A DNA stretch of 64,000 bases from an uncultured Mollicutes bacterium. GTDB taxonomy: Bacteria; Bacillota_I; Bacilli_A; RFN20; CAG-826. Each line of letters opens with the position of its first letter. The stretch's first letter is position 1. The DNA lies in the NCBI GenBank assembly GCA_900540385.1, contig UQFY01000011.1, positions 6,043-70,042 of the forward strand. Direction: 5' to 3'. This document shows positions 37,440-46,663 of the stretch, in pieces. The position numbers and the translations under genes are program-made. Under the pieces are notes generated by a model. The model saw only the letters and a list, made by a program, of their open reading frames with translations. It did not search any database and was not told the origin of the DNA.

Positions 37440-38196
37440 CGTCTCCTTCGCTTATTCAAAACGCTCAGAACCCGTCTTAAAACATGTCTCTATTCAACTA
37501 GAGGAAGGAAAAGTAGGGGTTTTGCTAGGTCCTAATGGTGTCGGAAAGAGCACAATTATTAAGTTAATATGCGGACTTTTGAAGCTAAAAGAAGGTGAAA
37601 TTATTTTGGGTGATAAGAAGCTTAAAGAAATGAAGCTGTCCGAACGAAGCAAACTCATTTCCTCCGTTCCTCAAAATATTGAATTCTCTTCCTTAAGCGT
37701 TATGGATTCTATTCTTCTAGGGCGTCTCCCTTATTTCTATTCCTTCCCTTGCAAGTACGATAAAGAAGAAACCTTCAAAGTCATGGAGGAACTTCATATC
37801 CTTCCATTAAAGGATAGACCAGCAGATTCTCTTTCTGGGGGTGAGAAACAAATGGTCGCGATAGCTCGAGCCCTTGTTTCTAATCCGAAACTCCTTATCT
37901 TGGACGAACCAACAGCCAATCTTGACTTAAAGCATCAGGTTTTAATTTTGAAACTGCTTAAGAAGATTGCTAAAGAAAGAAAGTTGACAATCTTATTATC
38001 CTTGCATGATCTTTCCGAAGCATCCTTCCTCGGAGATACCCTCTTTTGGCTAAAGGAAGGGGAGCTTCTTTATCAAGGGGATAGCTCTTCGATTACGGAA
38101 GAAAGAATCTTTGAGACCTATGGCGTTAAAGCCAACTTAATTCAAAAAGATGATGAAACTTTCATCTCATTATTTTCAGGAGAAAAACAACAATGA
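37423..38196 (+). CDS. Iron/B12-type ABC transporter ATP-binding protein
   Basis: GPNGVGKST, LSGGEKQM, LILDEPTANLD. Confidence 0.9.
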   Translation: MLYLNDVSFAYSKRSEPVLKHVSIQLEEGKVGVLLGPNGVGKSTIIKLICGLLKLKEGEIILGDKKLKEMKLSERSKLISSVPQNIEFSSLSVMDSILLGRLPYFYSFPCKYDKEETFKVMEELHILPLKDRPADSLSGGEKQMVAIARALVSNPKLLILDEPTANLDLKHQVLILKLLKKIAKERKLTILLSLHDLSEASFLGDTLFWLKEGELLYQGDSSSITEERIFETYGVKANLIQKDDETFISLFSGEKQQ

Positions 38197-39374
38197 AAAA
38201 ACAATTCCTTTGGCTTCTTTTAGCCTCAAGTCTCATTTCTTGTGGAGGAGGACAAGAAAGTTCTAGCGAAACTTCTCAAGAAGAAATTCTCGTTAGTGAC
38301 GGTATCGGAAGAGAAAATAGTTACCTTCCAGGTTCCTATTCCCGTATCGCTTGCGTCGGTGCTGGCGCTCTTCGCTTATATTCCTATGTTGGTGAACTTA
38401 ATAAACTCGTTGGCGTAGAAGATATCGATAATCCAAGCAAAAGAGAAGAGAAAACCCATCCATTCGAAGGGGTTGCAAGGCCTTATTATGACGCTAACAA
38501 AGAAGCTTTTAGAAACCTTCCTTCCCTTGGAGTAGGAGGGCCGGTTGCTAATCAAAGTGGTCCTAACCTCACTCTTTTAACAAGCCTTGCTCCTGATTTA
38601 GTCATTTCTGATTTTGAAACAGTTGAACAAGCCAAAGCCATTGAAAATGCTACAGGTGCCAAAGTATTCACCATCCGTTATGGCAAGAAGGCCGTCTATG
38701 ATGAAACCATCGTTTCTGTTTTAACTTCCTTAGGCAAAGTTCTTGACCGTAATGAAAGAGCGAAAACCTTAACGGACTACATCTCTTCTTCCATTACGGA
38801 ATTAAAAATAATGACAAAAAACGTAAAGGAAGAAGATAAGCCTCTTACTTATGTTGGGGGAATTGGAAACTGGGGACAAAAAGATTATCTTGCCACCCAT
38901 AGTGGTTATCCAATGTTTGAAGTTGCCAATATTAAAAACGTCCTTTCAGAAGTTCCATTAAGCGCGGCTGGTCAACAAGATATCTCCAAAGCCACTTTTG
39001 AAGAGCTTGCCCCTAAAATGGACAAACTCATTTTAGACGCGGCGGGAATGAAACAAACCATTCAAGCCTATCACACGGATAAGCATGTTTTTGATAACGT
39101 CAAAGCAGTAACTTCAGGCGAAGTCTATCTTCAAATGCCATATAACGCCTATTATACAAATCTCGAAATCTCTCTTATGAATGGTTATTTTGATGCCTAT
39201 GCCGTCTATCCTGAGCTCTTCAAGGACTTTGATTTAGAAAAGAAATATTCGGAAATCTTAAAGACCTTTGTAGGAAAGGATACTTACAACGAAGAAAAGG
39301 GAATGTCCGGCTCTTATGGCGGATATCAAAAAATCAGTGATTTAAAGAAATTCTGCGAAGAGCATATTCAATAA
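38193..39374 (+). CDS. ABC substrate-binding lipoprotein (Peripla_BP_2-like, iron complex/cobalamin type)
   Basis: Lipobox SLISCGGG. ATGA overlap with the ATPase gene. Operon context with FecCD. Confidence 0.75.
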   Translation: MKKQFLWLLLASSLISCGGGQESSSETSQEEILVSDGIGRENSYLPGSYSRIACVGAGALRLYSYVGELNKLVGVEDIDNPSKREEKTHPFEGVARPYYDANKEAFRNLPSLGVGGPVANQSGPNLTLLTSLAPDLVISDFETVEQAKAIENATGAKVFTIRYGKKAVYDETIVSVLTSLGKVLDRNERAKTLTDYISSSITELKIMTKNVKEEDKPLTYVGGIGNWGQKDYLATHSGYPMFEVANIKNVLSEVPLSAAGQQDISKATFEELAPKMDKLILDAAGMKQTIQAYHTDKHVFDNVKAVTSGEVYLQMPYNAYYTNLEISLMNGYFDAYAVYPELFKDFDLEKKYSEILKTFVGKDTYNEEKGMSGSYGGYQKISDLKKFCEEHIQ

Positions 39375-39425
39375 ACCTCTCATTCTTTTTCTTCCAGAAA
39401 AACCTATAATATCCGAGGAGAATAT

Positions 39426-40037
39426 ATGTCGCATCCTTGGAAACATTTAAGGCTCATCACCTCACATCGCCATCTTGTTATTAAAAATGCCTTCCACATG
39501 GGCATTTTTTGGCATGCTTTGAAACATGATTTAAGCAAATATTCCTATACGGAATTTCATACTTCTGCCAAATATTACGCTGGGAATCACTCCCCGGTGT
39601 TCGAAGAGAGAATCCATAATCAGTATTTCTCACGTATTTGTCAACACCACACGAGAAGAAATCCTCATCATTGGGAATATTGGACGGATTTCTTTTGTGG
39701 AAGGATCCTGATGAAAACCATGCCATGGGTATACGCTACAGAATACGTATGTGATGTATTGAGTGCTTCCTATACCTATAATCCAAAAGAATTCACCCCC
39801 GAAAGTGGTCTTCGTTATTTTAATGCCCATAAAGATCGTTATTTTATGACGACGGCAAGCAAAGAATATATCACATGGTGCTTAGAAAAATATGCTCAAA
39901 CAGGTTGGAAAGAACTCAAAAAGAAAAACACTCAAAAGAAATATCAGGAAATTATTTCTTCTTATCCGGATGTCGAGCTTTTCGAGACAAACAAAGCCAG
40001 CTCTTCTTTGCCACCTTTGCTAAGCAAAAACAAGTGA
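39426..40037 (+). CDS. DUF5662-like protein (His-rich, often mis-annotated as catalase)
   Basis: WKHLRLITSHRHLVIKNAF...HDLSKYSYTEF...YYAGNHSP...HHTRRNPHHWEYW matches my recollection of the DUF5662 pattern. Confidence 0.5.
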   Translation: MSHPWKHLRLITSHRHLVIKNAFHMGIFWHALKHDLSKYSYTEFHTSAKYYAGNHSPVFEERIHNQYFSRICQHHTRRNPHHWEYWTDFFCGRILMKTMPWVYATEYVCDVLSASYTYNPKEFTPESGLRYFNAHKDRYFMTTASKEYITWCLEKYAQTGWKELKKKNTQKKYQEIISSYPDVELFETNKASSSLPPLLSKNK

Positions 40038-40053
40038 TATAAAATATTGAAGT

Positions 40054-40479
40054 ATGGCAATTCGAAACAAAATATTAATCATCGGAGCCGGAAGACTTGG
40101 CTCCATCATCGCCGATCGTGCCTCCTCAAGGGGAGAAAACGTCATCGTCTTGGACGAAAATGATTCGTCCTTCCGTAAATTAGATGAGGCGTTTACTGGT
40201 TTTAAAGTCACAGGTGACGCAACCGATATCGCCCTTTTAAAACAAGATTGTTATATCGATTCCGTCGAGGAAGTAGTCATCGTAACAGGAAATGACAATA
40301 CCAATCTTTTCTTAGCCCATTTATGCGCGATTATTTTTAAAATTCCTAAGGTATACGTACGTTTTGATGACCCAGATAAAGATATTCTTATCAATGGCGT
40401 TCCCAATGTGAAGGCTGTTTATCCATCGGATTTAAGCGCCAATAAATTCTTCCAAATCGAAGCGGAGGGCAACAAATAA
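40054..40479 (+). CDS. TrkA-N (NAD-binding) potassium-uptake regulatory subunit
   Basis: ILIIGAGRLGSIIA is a Rossmann GxGxxG, followed by VIVLDEN. 141 aa. Confidence 0.8.
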   Translation: MAIRNKILIIGAGRLGSIIADRASSRGENVIVLDENDSSFRKLDEAFTGFKVTGDATDIALLKQDCYIDSVEEVVIVTGNDNTNLFLAHLCAIIFKIPKVYVRFDDPDKDILINGVPNVKAVYPSDLSANKFFQIEAEGNK

Positions 40480-41399
40480 TGATTGTCGTTATTGCAAATG
40501 GTAACCTTGAAGCTGCCTACGTTATTGATTCTTTTAAAGAAGACAAACATAACAAAATCATCGTCATTAACTCCGATAAAGAAGTCGCGGAATATTTGAT
40601 GAAACGCCAACACGTTTCCGTTTATGTCGGAAACCCTTGGAGAATCTACGCTCTTGAAGAGGCAGGTGTTTACGACGCGGATCTATTTATTTCTCTTTCC
40701 GATAACGATACAGACAATTACGTATCTTGTATCCTTGCTAAGAAAGTCTTTAACGTTCGTAAATGCATCTGCGTCGTTAAAAACCCAGACAACGTTGAAA
40801 TCTATAAGAAACTCGGAATCGATTCCGTTATTTCTTCCACCTACCTTTTAACACAGAATATCAAAACAGAGTCTTTGGAAGGAAACCTCATCCGTTCGAT
40901 GAATTTAGATTCCAACAAGATTGTGATGGTGGAGGCGACCCTCTTATCCAAATACCGTATCTGCAATAAAGCCATTATGGATATTCATTTCCCTCCTTAT
41001 GCGAATATTGCTTATATCATGCGTGATAATGAATTCATCATCCCAAAAGGTAACGTTGTTTTAAAACCACGCGACACTCTTGTTATTGCCTGCGATAAAG
41101 CGGATGAAAATAGTTTAAAGAAATATCTCACCCAAAGAGCCTCGGCAAGAGATCTTCAAAAGAATATTGCTTCGCAGATTGAAAAATCCTTAGTGAAAAT
41201 CAAAAACACCGAAGTAAAAGAAGAAGCCCCTCTTCCTAAAGAAACGGAAGAAGCCCCTAAAGTAGTAGAGGAAGCCCCTCTTCCTCAGGAAGAAAAAGAG
41301 GAGGCCCCTGTCGCAAATAAGAGCGAAAAGAAGAAAGTAGCCCCTAAGAAAACAACAACAAAGAAAACTTCTTCAACCAACAAGAAGAAAACCATATGA
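40479..41399 (+). CDS. TrkA-like regulatory subunit (degenerate N domain + TrkA-C) with EEAP-repeat/Lys-rich C-terminal tail
   Basis: RCK-like fold without a glycine loop (MIVVIANGNLEAAY). TrkA-C-like GNVVLKPRDTLVIA. Tail is EEAPLPKETEEAPKVVEEAPLPQEEKEEAP followed by a K-rich stretch. Confidence 0.65.
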   Translation: MIVVIANGNLEAAYVIDSFKEDKHNKIIVINSDKEVAEYLMKRQHVSVYVGNPWRIYALEEAGVYDADLFISLSDNDTDNYVSCILAKKVFNVRKCICVVKNPDNVEIYKKLGIDSVISSTYLLTQNIKTESLEGNLIRSMNLDSNKIVMVEATLLSKYRICNKAIMDIHFPPYANIAYIMRDNEFIIPKGNVVLKPRDTLVIACDKADENSLKKYLTQRASARDLQKNIASQIEKSLVKIKNTEVKEEAPLPKETEEAPKVVEEAPLPQEEKEEAPVANKSEKKKVAPKKTTTKKTSSTNKKKTI

Positions 41400-43087
41400 A
41401 CAAAGTAAGAGAAGCAAAAGGAATTCGTTTGATTCTTGGCTATTTTGGCCTCTTCATGATTGTAGAAGGCCTAGTCACTATTTTTCCTTTGCTCATTTTA
41501 GCCTTCTATCCAAAAGAATGGGAATGTTATCTGGATTTTGTTATTCCAGGCGTTTCCTATATGTTTTTAGGTCTCTTTATCTATTTATGCACGACTGCCT
41601 TCCGGAAAAAGGGAAAACTCCAAAAGAACGAAGACTCTCTTTTGCTTGTTCTTCTTTGGCTTTCCGCTTTGCTTATTGGGGCAATACCATTTTATCTAAC
41701 GGCATTCCCAGAGTTTAATAATGGCAATGAAGCAATTAATTTAGGGATGTCCTTCACGGATTCTTTCTTTGAATCCACCTCTGGATATTCGGCGACAGGA
41801 TTAACCGTTTTCCCTAAAAAAGCCTTCTTAACGGGCGTTGATTCTTCGGAATATCAATGGGCCCATGTCTTTTTATTCCATCGAGCGGTTATGCAATTTG
41901 TTGGTGGGGTTGGTCTTGTTTTGCTTGTAGCTTCGGTTATTTCAAGCAAAAACAACTTCAAGCTTTTCTTTGCTGAAGGCCATAATGACCGCCTTCTCCC
42001 AAATTTAGGGAAGAACGCTAAACTCATTTTTGGTATTTATTTTGGCTGGATTGTAGTTGGAAGCCTTGCTCTTTGGATAGCGGGAATGACACCATTTGAT
42101 TCTTTCTGCCATGCGACCGCCGCTCTTGCCACAGGTGGTTTCTCTACACGTTATTCTTCCATTATGTTCTATTCCGAAGCGACGTATTCTTCTTTTACGA
42201 ATGGAAACCTTCTTTATACGGGAAACGCTTTAGCGATCGAGGGAATCACGGTTGTTTTAATGCTTGCAGGCGCAACGAATTTCGTTTTGCATACCTTCCT
42301 TCTTACAGGAAAAATAAAGAGCTTCTCAAAGGATGTGGAAATTAAAACAGCGACAGCTTTGATTATTTTCTCTACCATCCTGACTGCCGTTTTAACCTTT
42401 AGTGAGCATACTTATTATTATGAAGAAATGGAGAACATTTCTATTTGGTTATCCCTTCGTTACAATTTCTATAATATTGTCTCTTCGATTACCACAACCG
42501 GATTCACCAACTTCCCAAATCTTGCTTATCTAGGGCATTTCTCTATCTTTATCGGTTTGATTGTCATGTCTATTGGCGGAGGTATGGGTTCGACGGCAGG
42601 TGCTTTGAAACAATACCGTTTTGCCTTACTGTTTAAAGAATTCTCTTCCTCCTTTAAAAACCGTAACTCTTCTGATAGGTATCTTCATACCAATCCGATT
42701 ACGCGTTTGGGACAGACAAAAGAAGTGGATGAGGAAAGCGTTAAGGAAGCAACCGATTATGCCATTCTCTATATCAGTTTTATCTTGCTAGGGACGATTG
42801 GTTTGTTATGTCTTAAAAACATGAACCTGGAAGAAGCTGCATACGAATGGGGAACCTCTCTTTCTGGCACAGGCATTAGCATTATTGACTTTGCTTCCTA
42901 TAAGGCAAATAATGGAATTGTCCATTATAACGTCCTTCTTTGGCTACTTGATGTGGCAATGTTCTTAGGACGTTTGGAAATCTTGCCAGCCTTCTATGGC
43001 TTTAGGAGATTCTTTATCACCCCATTTGAAGAACTAGCCAAACATCATCAGAAAATGAAACACAAAAAACACGCATTGGAGGAATAA
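41396..43087 (+). CDS. TrkH/KtrB-family potassium transporter membrane subunit
   Basis: Multiple M1-P-M2 repeats with SGYSATGLTV, TGGFS and TTTGFTN selectivity-filter-like motifs. ATGA overlap with the upstream gene. Confidence 0.85.
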   Translation: MNKVREAKGIRLILGYFGLFMIVEGLVTIFPLLILAFYPKEWECYLDFVIPGVSYMFLGLFIYLCTTAFRKKGKLQKNEDSLLLVLLWLSALLIGAIPFYLTAFPEFNNGNEAINLGMSFTDSFFESTSGYSATGLTVFPKKAFLTGVDSSEYQWAHVFLFHRAVMQFVGGVGLVLLVASVISSKNNFKLFFAEGHNDRLLPNLGKNAKLIFGIYFGWIVVGSLALWIAGMTPFDSFCHATAALATGGFSTRYSSIMFYSEATYSSFTNGNLLYTGNALAIEGITVVLMLAGATNFVLHTFLLTGKIKSFSKDVEIKTATALIIFSTILTAVLTFSEHTYYYEEMENISIWLSLRYNFYNIVSSITTTGFTNFPNLAYLGHFSIFIGLIVMSIGGGMGSTAGALKQYRFALLFKEFSSSFKNRNSSDRYLHTNPITRLGQTKEVDEESVKEATDYAILYISFILLGTIGLLCLKNMNLEEAAYEWGTSLSGTGISIIDFASYKANNGIVHYNVLLWLLDVAMFLGRLEILPAFYGFRRFFITPFEELAKHHQKMKHKKHALEE

Positions 43088-43089
43088 AT

Positions 43090-43506
43090 ATGTTAATTGA
43101 TAACATCAAAAAGGCCAATATGATGGCCATGAAAGAAAAGAATCAGGCGAAAAGAAGTGCTTACTCTTCTGTTATCTCTCGTTACCAACTCTTAAAGAGC
43201 AATGATCCTAGCAAGGAAATTTCGGATACCGATGTCCTTTCTTTGATTCAAAAAATCGTGAAAGAACTTGATGAAGAATTAGATTCTTATCAAAAGGCCG
43301 GAAGAGAAGAAAGCGTCCAAGAAATCCAAAAACAAAAAGACGCTTTAAAAGAATTTGTCCCAGCCCAGCTTTCCGAAGAAGAGATCAAAACCATCATTCT
43401 TTCCTTACCAGATCGCTCTATCCCACTTGTAATGAAGCATTTTAGCATGAATTATCGTGGAAAAGTCGATATGTCCCTTGTAAACAAGGTTTTAAAAAGC
43501 TTATAA
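43090..43506 (+). CDS. yqeY: GatB/YqeY domain protein
   Basis: N-terminal IKKANMMAMKEKNQAKRSAYSSVIS and 138-aa length are typical of YqeY. Confidence 0.8.
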   Translation: MLIDNIKKANMMAMKEKNQAKRSAYSSVISRYQLLKSNDPSKEISDTDVLSLIQKIVKELDEELDSYQKAGREESVQEIQKQKDALKEFVPAQLSEEEIKTIILSLPDRSIPLVMKHFSMNYRGKVDMSLVNKVLKSL

Positions 43507-43561
43507 TACGTAAGCCCTTTAAGGGCATAACCCAAGAGCTTATTAGCGATAATAAGCCCCT

Positions 43562-43635
43562 AGGAGAATGGTTCAATGGTAGAACAGCGGTCTCCAAAAC
43601 CGTTAATGAGGGTTCGATTCCTTCTTCTCCTGCCA
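43562..43635 (+). tRNA. tRNA-Trp (CCA)
   Basis: AGGAGAA acceptor stem, D arm GTTCAATGGTAGAAC, anticodon loop CTCCAAA, T loop GGTTCGATTCC, 3' TTCTCCTGCCA. Confidence 0.9.
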
Positions 43636-43647
43636 TTTAGCAAATTC

Positions 43648-43677
43648 GCACTTTCCGCACCAAGGAGAGTGCTTTTT
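43648..43677 (+). terminator. Terminator after tRNA-Trp
   Basis: GCACTTTCC-GCACCAA-GGAGAGTGC followed by T5. Confidence 0.7.
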
Positions 43678-43766
43678 CTTTAAAAAATAGGGGATTTTGG
43701 CTCAAAAATGAGTCTTTTTCCGTTTTGTATCGCTTCAAATCGTACTAGTTAATCAGACCTGAAATT

Positions 43767-43823
43767 CTAATAGTGCGCTTTTCTACTATTAGAGCGCTTT
43801 TTCTCTATTAGTGCGCTTTTCCT
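43767..43823. repeat. Three tandem 19-bp direct repeats (CTAWTAGWGCGCTTTTYYT)
   Basis: Units at 43767-43785, 43786-43804 and 43805-43823: ctaatagtgcgcttttcta / ctattagagcgctttttct / ctattagtgcgcttttcct. Confidence 0.85.
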
Positions 43824-43859
43824 CTTGACTGGCTCTCTTTTTAGAGCGAGCAATTGATA

Positions 43860-44387
43860 ATGATGAAGAGATTCGTGTTTAGAAAAAGCTGGGACGGCTA
43901 CTTCGATTGGATAGCCAACATAAGCAAGGCGAGGAACATCATATCGTCTTATAGGGCAGCGGGCGAATGCATGAAAAAGGGCCCCGATCACATCTTTGCT
44001 TACCATGAGGCGATAAGGGTATACAACAATTACCTTGCGTTGAAATCGATGCTGAATGATAGGCAAGCCAATCATTTGGAGCTTAGGAGCAAGCACAAGA
44101 TACCCGAATGGGGATCGATATCCTCGGAAGAGCGAGACGAGATGTATGAGAAGTGGTTGCAGATTGAGTTCCCAAATGATTCCGTTCCTTTGGAATGCCA
44201 TACCGCCGAGGAGATAGGCGCCGCGATAAAAGAAGCCAGGGTAAACGATGGCAGATCTATGACCAAAGTCGCACAGTTGCTCGACATAAGTTTCAACACA
44301 TACAAATGCTATGAAAGCGGTAGGAGAATGATCCCTGCCAATACGCTTCTGATGTTAGAAAAGTTATACTGCGTCAAATTCTCTTAA
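43860..44387 (+). CDS. XRE-family HTH protein with unknown N-terminal domain (G+C-richer foreign codon usage)
   Basis: C-terminal IGAAIKEARVNDGRSMTKVAQLLDISFNTYKCYESGRRMIPANTLLMLEKLY is an HTH_3-like helix-turn-helix. Start is ambiguous (TTG 43854, ATG 43860 or 43863). Confidence 0.6.
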   Translation: MMKRFVFRKSWDGYFDWIANISKARNIISSYRAAGECMKKGPDHIFAYHEAIRVYNNYLALKSMLNDRQANHLELRSKHKIPEWGSISSEERDEMYEKWLQIEFPNDSVPLECHTAEEIGAAIKEARVNDGRSMTKVAQLLDISFNTYKCYESGRRMIPANTLLMLEKLYCVKFS

Positions 44388-44464
44388 ATTTTATAGATAG
44401 ACATATTGACATATTTAGATGACATAACTTGATTTTATGCACTTTTTTCAATATAATATAAAAT

Positions 44465-46120
44465 ATGAAACGCGGCGGAAAAAGAGAGGGTTCTGGAAGA
44501 AAACCAATTGTTGGGAAAGACATAAAGATAAAATTGCCTTTTGAAACAATTGATACTATTGAACGCCTTTATGGAGGCGATTCATTATCCGATAAAATTC
44601 GTGAATCCATTTCTTCGGGAATTAGATCAAGCTTGAATAACTATGGTGTTGTTTACACCCCATCTTTTTTATCTGAATTCGTTGCATGGCTTTGCAAAAG
44701 GTACTTTGACTCAAGTAAAGAGTCGCTTGTTATCTTTGATCCTGCTTGTGGCGAATGCTCCTTGCTTGAGGCTGCTTCAAAACAATTTACAGAAGGGAAG
44801 CGACAAATCAAACTCATAGGTAACGATGTCGACAATCATTACGTTCAAATTGCGAACAATGAAGGCATTACTTTTTTTAATTATGATGCATTGTTTCCAG
44901 ATGCCAAACTAAGACCGGAAAAGTTTTGGAAAAAGAAAACTGGCAATATTGATTTAATAATTGAAAACCCGCCTTGGTCAGGTGATAAGATCTATAAAAA
45001 AACAGAGTTACAAAAAAATAACTATGTCCTTGGAGAAGGGCAATATGATGCCTTTTCATTATTTATTGAAATGTCGCTTCGAATAGCTGATGAAGGTACG
45101 ATTTGTGCTTTTATTGTCCCTGATTCCATTTTCACTTCAGAAGACGATTCAACTCGCAAATACATCCTTAATCATTCAAACATTCTTGCTATAGCAAGAC
45201 TTGGCGAAAAACTTTTTCCGTCCGTCCATAGATCGACAGCTGTCGTTGTTTGTCAAAAAGGCAGAAAGATTGAACACAATGTCGAATGCTTTAGGCTTCT
45301 AACCGAAGATAAAAAGAACGTTTTAAATTCAAAGGATAATCTAATTAATTTGTTTGAAAAAAAGTTGCACATTGTGCCAGAAAAGAGGTTTGTTGACAGT
45401 GGTTATGTTTTTGATATTGACACAACAGACAACGATGTTTCTGTTTTATCAAAAATTAAGAAAGGATCTAGTTCTCTATCGGAAAAATTCACATTTGGGA
45501 GAGGGGTTGAAATCTCAAAAAAGGGAAACCAAGTCAAGTGCCCACATTGTGGAATAATTCAGCCGTTCTTAGGTTCTTCTAAAACTAAAAAATGTCAACG
45601 ATGCGGCGAAGAATTTGATGTTCAAGACAACATTTTTGAAATGATGATTGATAATAAAAAAAGCGGTTTTTCACCAATTTTGGTTGGAGAGAATATTCAA
45701 CGTTATTACATTAAAGGGCACAAATATGTACTTCCAAAAATGGAAGGCATTAACTACAAAGAGGATGATCTCTACAAGGGAGCAAAGATTTTAGTTAGGA
45801 AAACTGGACTAGGTATAAAAGCATCTTATGATGGCGGCGATCATGAAACATTTGATTCTAAACAAGGGTATCGCTATGTGGAGGCTCACCATTTGATTCC
45901 AATGAAAGCACAAAAGGACTTTCCAAATATAAATCTCGATAGAACTGAAAATATCGTTGCTCTTTGCCCGACGTGTCATCGAGCGGTTCATCTTGGGACA
46001 AAGGAAGAAAAAATGAAACATCTTAAACCACTATATGACGAAAGAATGCCTTTGTTGCAACAGATTTATCCTGATTTTAGTTTGACGTTTGAAGATTTAA
46101 TTAGGGAATACTATCGATAG
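44465..46120 (+). CDS. RHH-like N-terminus + gamma-class N6-adenine DNA methyltransferase (Eco57I/TaqI-like) + Zn-ribbon + C-terminal HNH nuclease, single polypeptide
   Basis: GGKREGSGRKP...IKLPFETIDTIERL (RHH-like). VYTP; motif I FDPACGECS; motif IV ENPPWSG. CPHCG...CQRCG. HNH region VEAHHLIPM...NIVALCPTCHRAVH. Confidence 0.8.
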   Translation: MKRGGKREGSGRKPIVGKDIKIKLPFETIDTIERLYGGDSLSDKIRESISSGIRSSLNNYGVVYTPSFLSEFVAWLCKRYFDSSKESLVIFDPACGECSLLEAASKQFTEGKRQIKLIGNDVDNHYVQIANNEGITFFNYDALFPDAKLRPEKFWKKKTGNIDLIIENPPWSGDKIYKKTELQKNNYVLGEGQYDAFSLFIEMSLRIADEGTICAFIVPDSIFTSEDDSTRKYILNHSNILAIARLGEKLFPSVHRSTAVVVCQKGRKIEHNVECFRLLTEDKKNVLNSKDNLINLFEKKLHIVPEKRFVDSGYVFDIDTTDNDVSVLSKIKKGSSSLSEKFTFGRGVEISKKGNQVKCPHCGIIQPFLGSSKTKKCQRCGEEFDVQDNIFEMMIDNKKSGFSPILVGENIQRYYIKGHKYVLPKMEGINYKEDDLYKGAKILVRKTGLGIKASYDGGDHETFDSKQGYRYVEAHHLIPMKAQKDFPNINLDRTENIVALCPTCHRAVHLGTKEEKMKHLKPLYDERMPLLQQIYPDFSLTFEDLIREYYR

Positions 46121-46221
46121 ACATCAAACAACAAGATTGATACTCCATATGGAGTATTTTTCTTTTTTGCAATTTTTTTAATTTTTTTCCGGACAAAAGA
46201 CCATTTTGTGAAAAGGTATAT

Positions 46222-46608
46222 ATGGGAGGAACTCTCGGAAAGGAAATCAAAACGATGAATGAAGAAGAAAGAAAAATGAGGATCTTCGCGATCCATAAAG
46301 ACAAGAAGGGCGAGCAAGCGATGGTGGACATCACCGATTTGGTCGAGGCAAGGAAAATCGAGTTGGAGAAGCAGAAGGAGTTGGAGAGGCCGATCCGCTA
46401 CTGCAGGAACTGTGGGAAGAGGATGGAGTACGGCTATTTCTATTGCTCCAAGGAATGCTGCGACGAGTATAGGAAGAAAAACAGGAAGAAGGAGAAGGAT
46501 GAGGAAAGAGTTTGCCCGGTATGCGGAAAGACTTTCATGGTAGAGAAATGGAGGAAGCAAGTCTGCTGCTCCAAATCATGCGCGAACAGGCATAAGAAAA
46601 TGGGGTAG
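46222..46608 (+). CDS. Small basic protein with two FCS/TRASH-like zinc-ribbon motifs
   Basis: CRNCGKRMEYGYFYCSKECC and CPVCGKTF...VCCSKSC. AAG/GAG/AGG-rich codon usage unlike the host genes. The antisense ORF 46111-46560 is a mirror artefact. Confidence 0.55.
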   Translation: MGGTLGKEIKTMNEEERKMRIFAIHKDKKGEQAMVDITDLVEARKIELEKQKELERPIRYCRNCGKRMEYGYFYCSKECCDEYRKKNRKKEKDEERVCPVCGKTFMVEKWRKQVCCSKSCANRHKKMG

Positions 46609-46663
46609 TGTCATTTTTGAAAAAGAGTGTCATTTCCAAAAAAGAGTGTCATTGTATCATTTC
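46607..46663. repeat. Three direct AGTGTCATT-containing repeats with 19-bp period
   Basis: AGTGTCATT starts at 46607, 46626 and 46645. Units 1 and 2 also share the AAAAAG tail. Confidence 0.8.

Noticed and set aside
43767-43823. The triple 19-bp repeats (and those at 46607-46663) as a mini CRISPR array.
   Set aside because: The units are directly adjacent or overlapping with no spacers, only three copies are present, there are no cas genes, and the repeats are too short.
43767-44201. 144-aa minus-strand ORF.
   Set aside because: It is antisense to the XRE-like ORF, whose C-terminal HTH is convincing. It also runs through the 19-bp repeat array.
46111-46560. 149-aa minus-strand ORF.
   Set aside because: It is antisense to the Zn-ribbon ORF. 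Its Leu/Phe/Pro-rich low-complexity translation is the mirror of a purine-rich coding strand, and it has no motifs.
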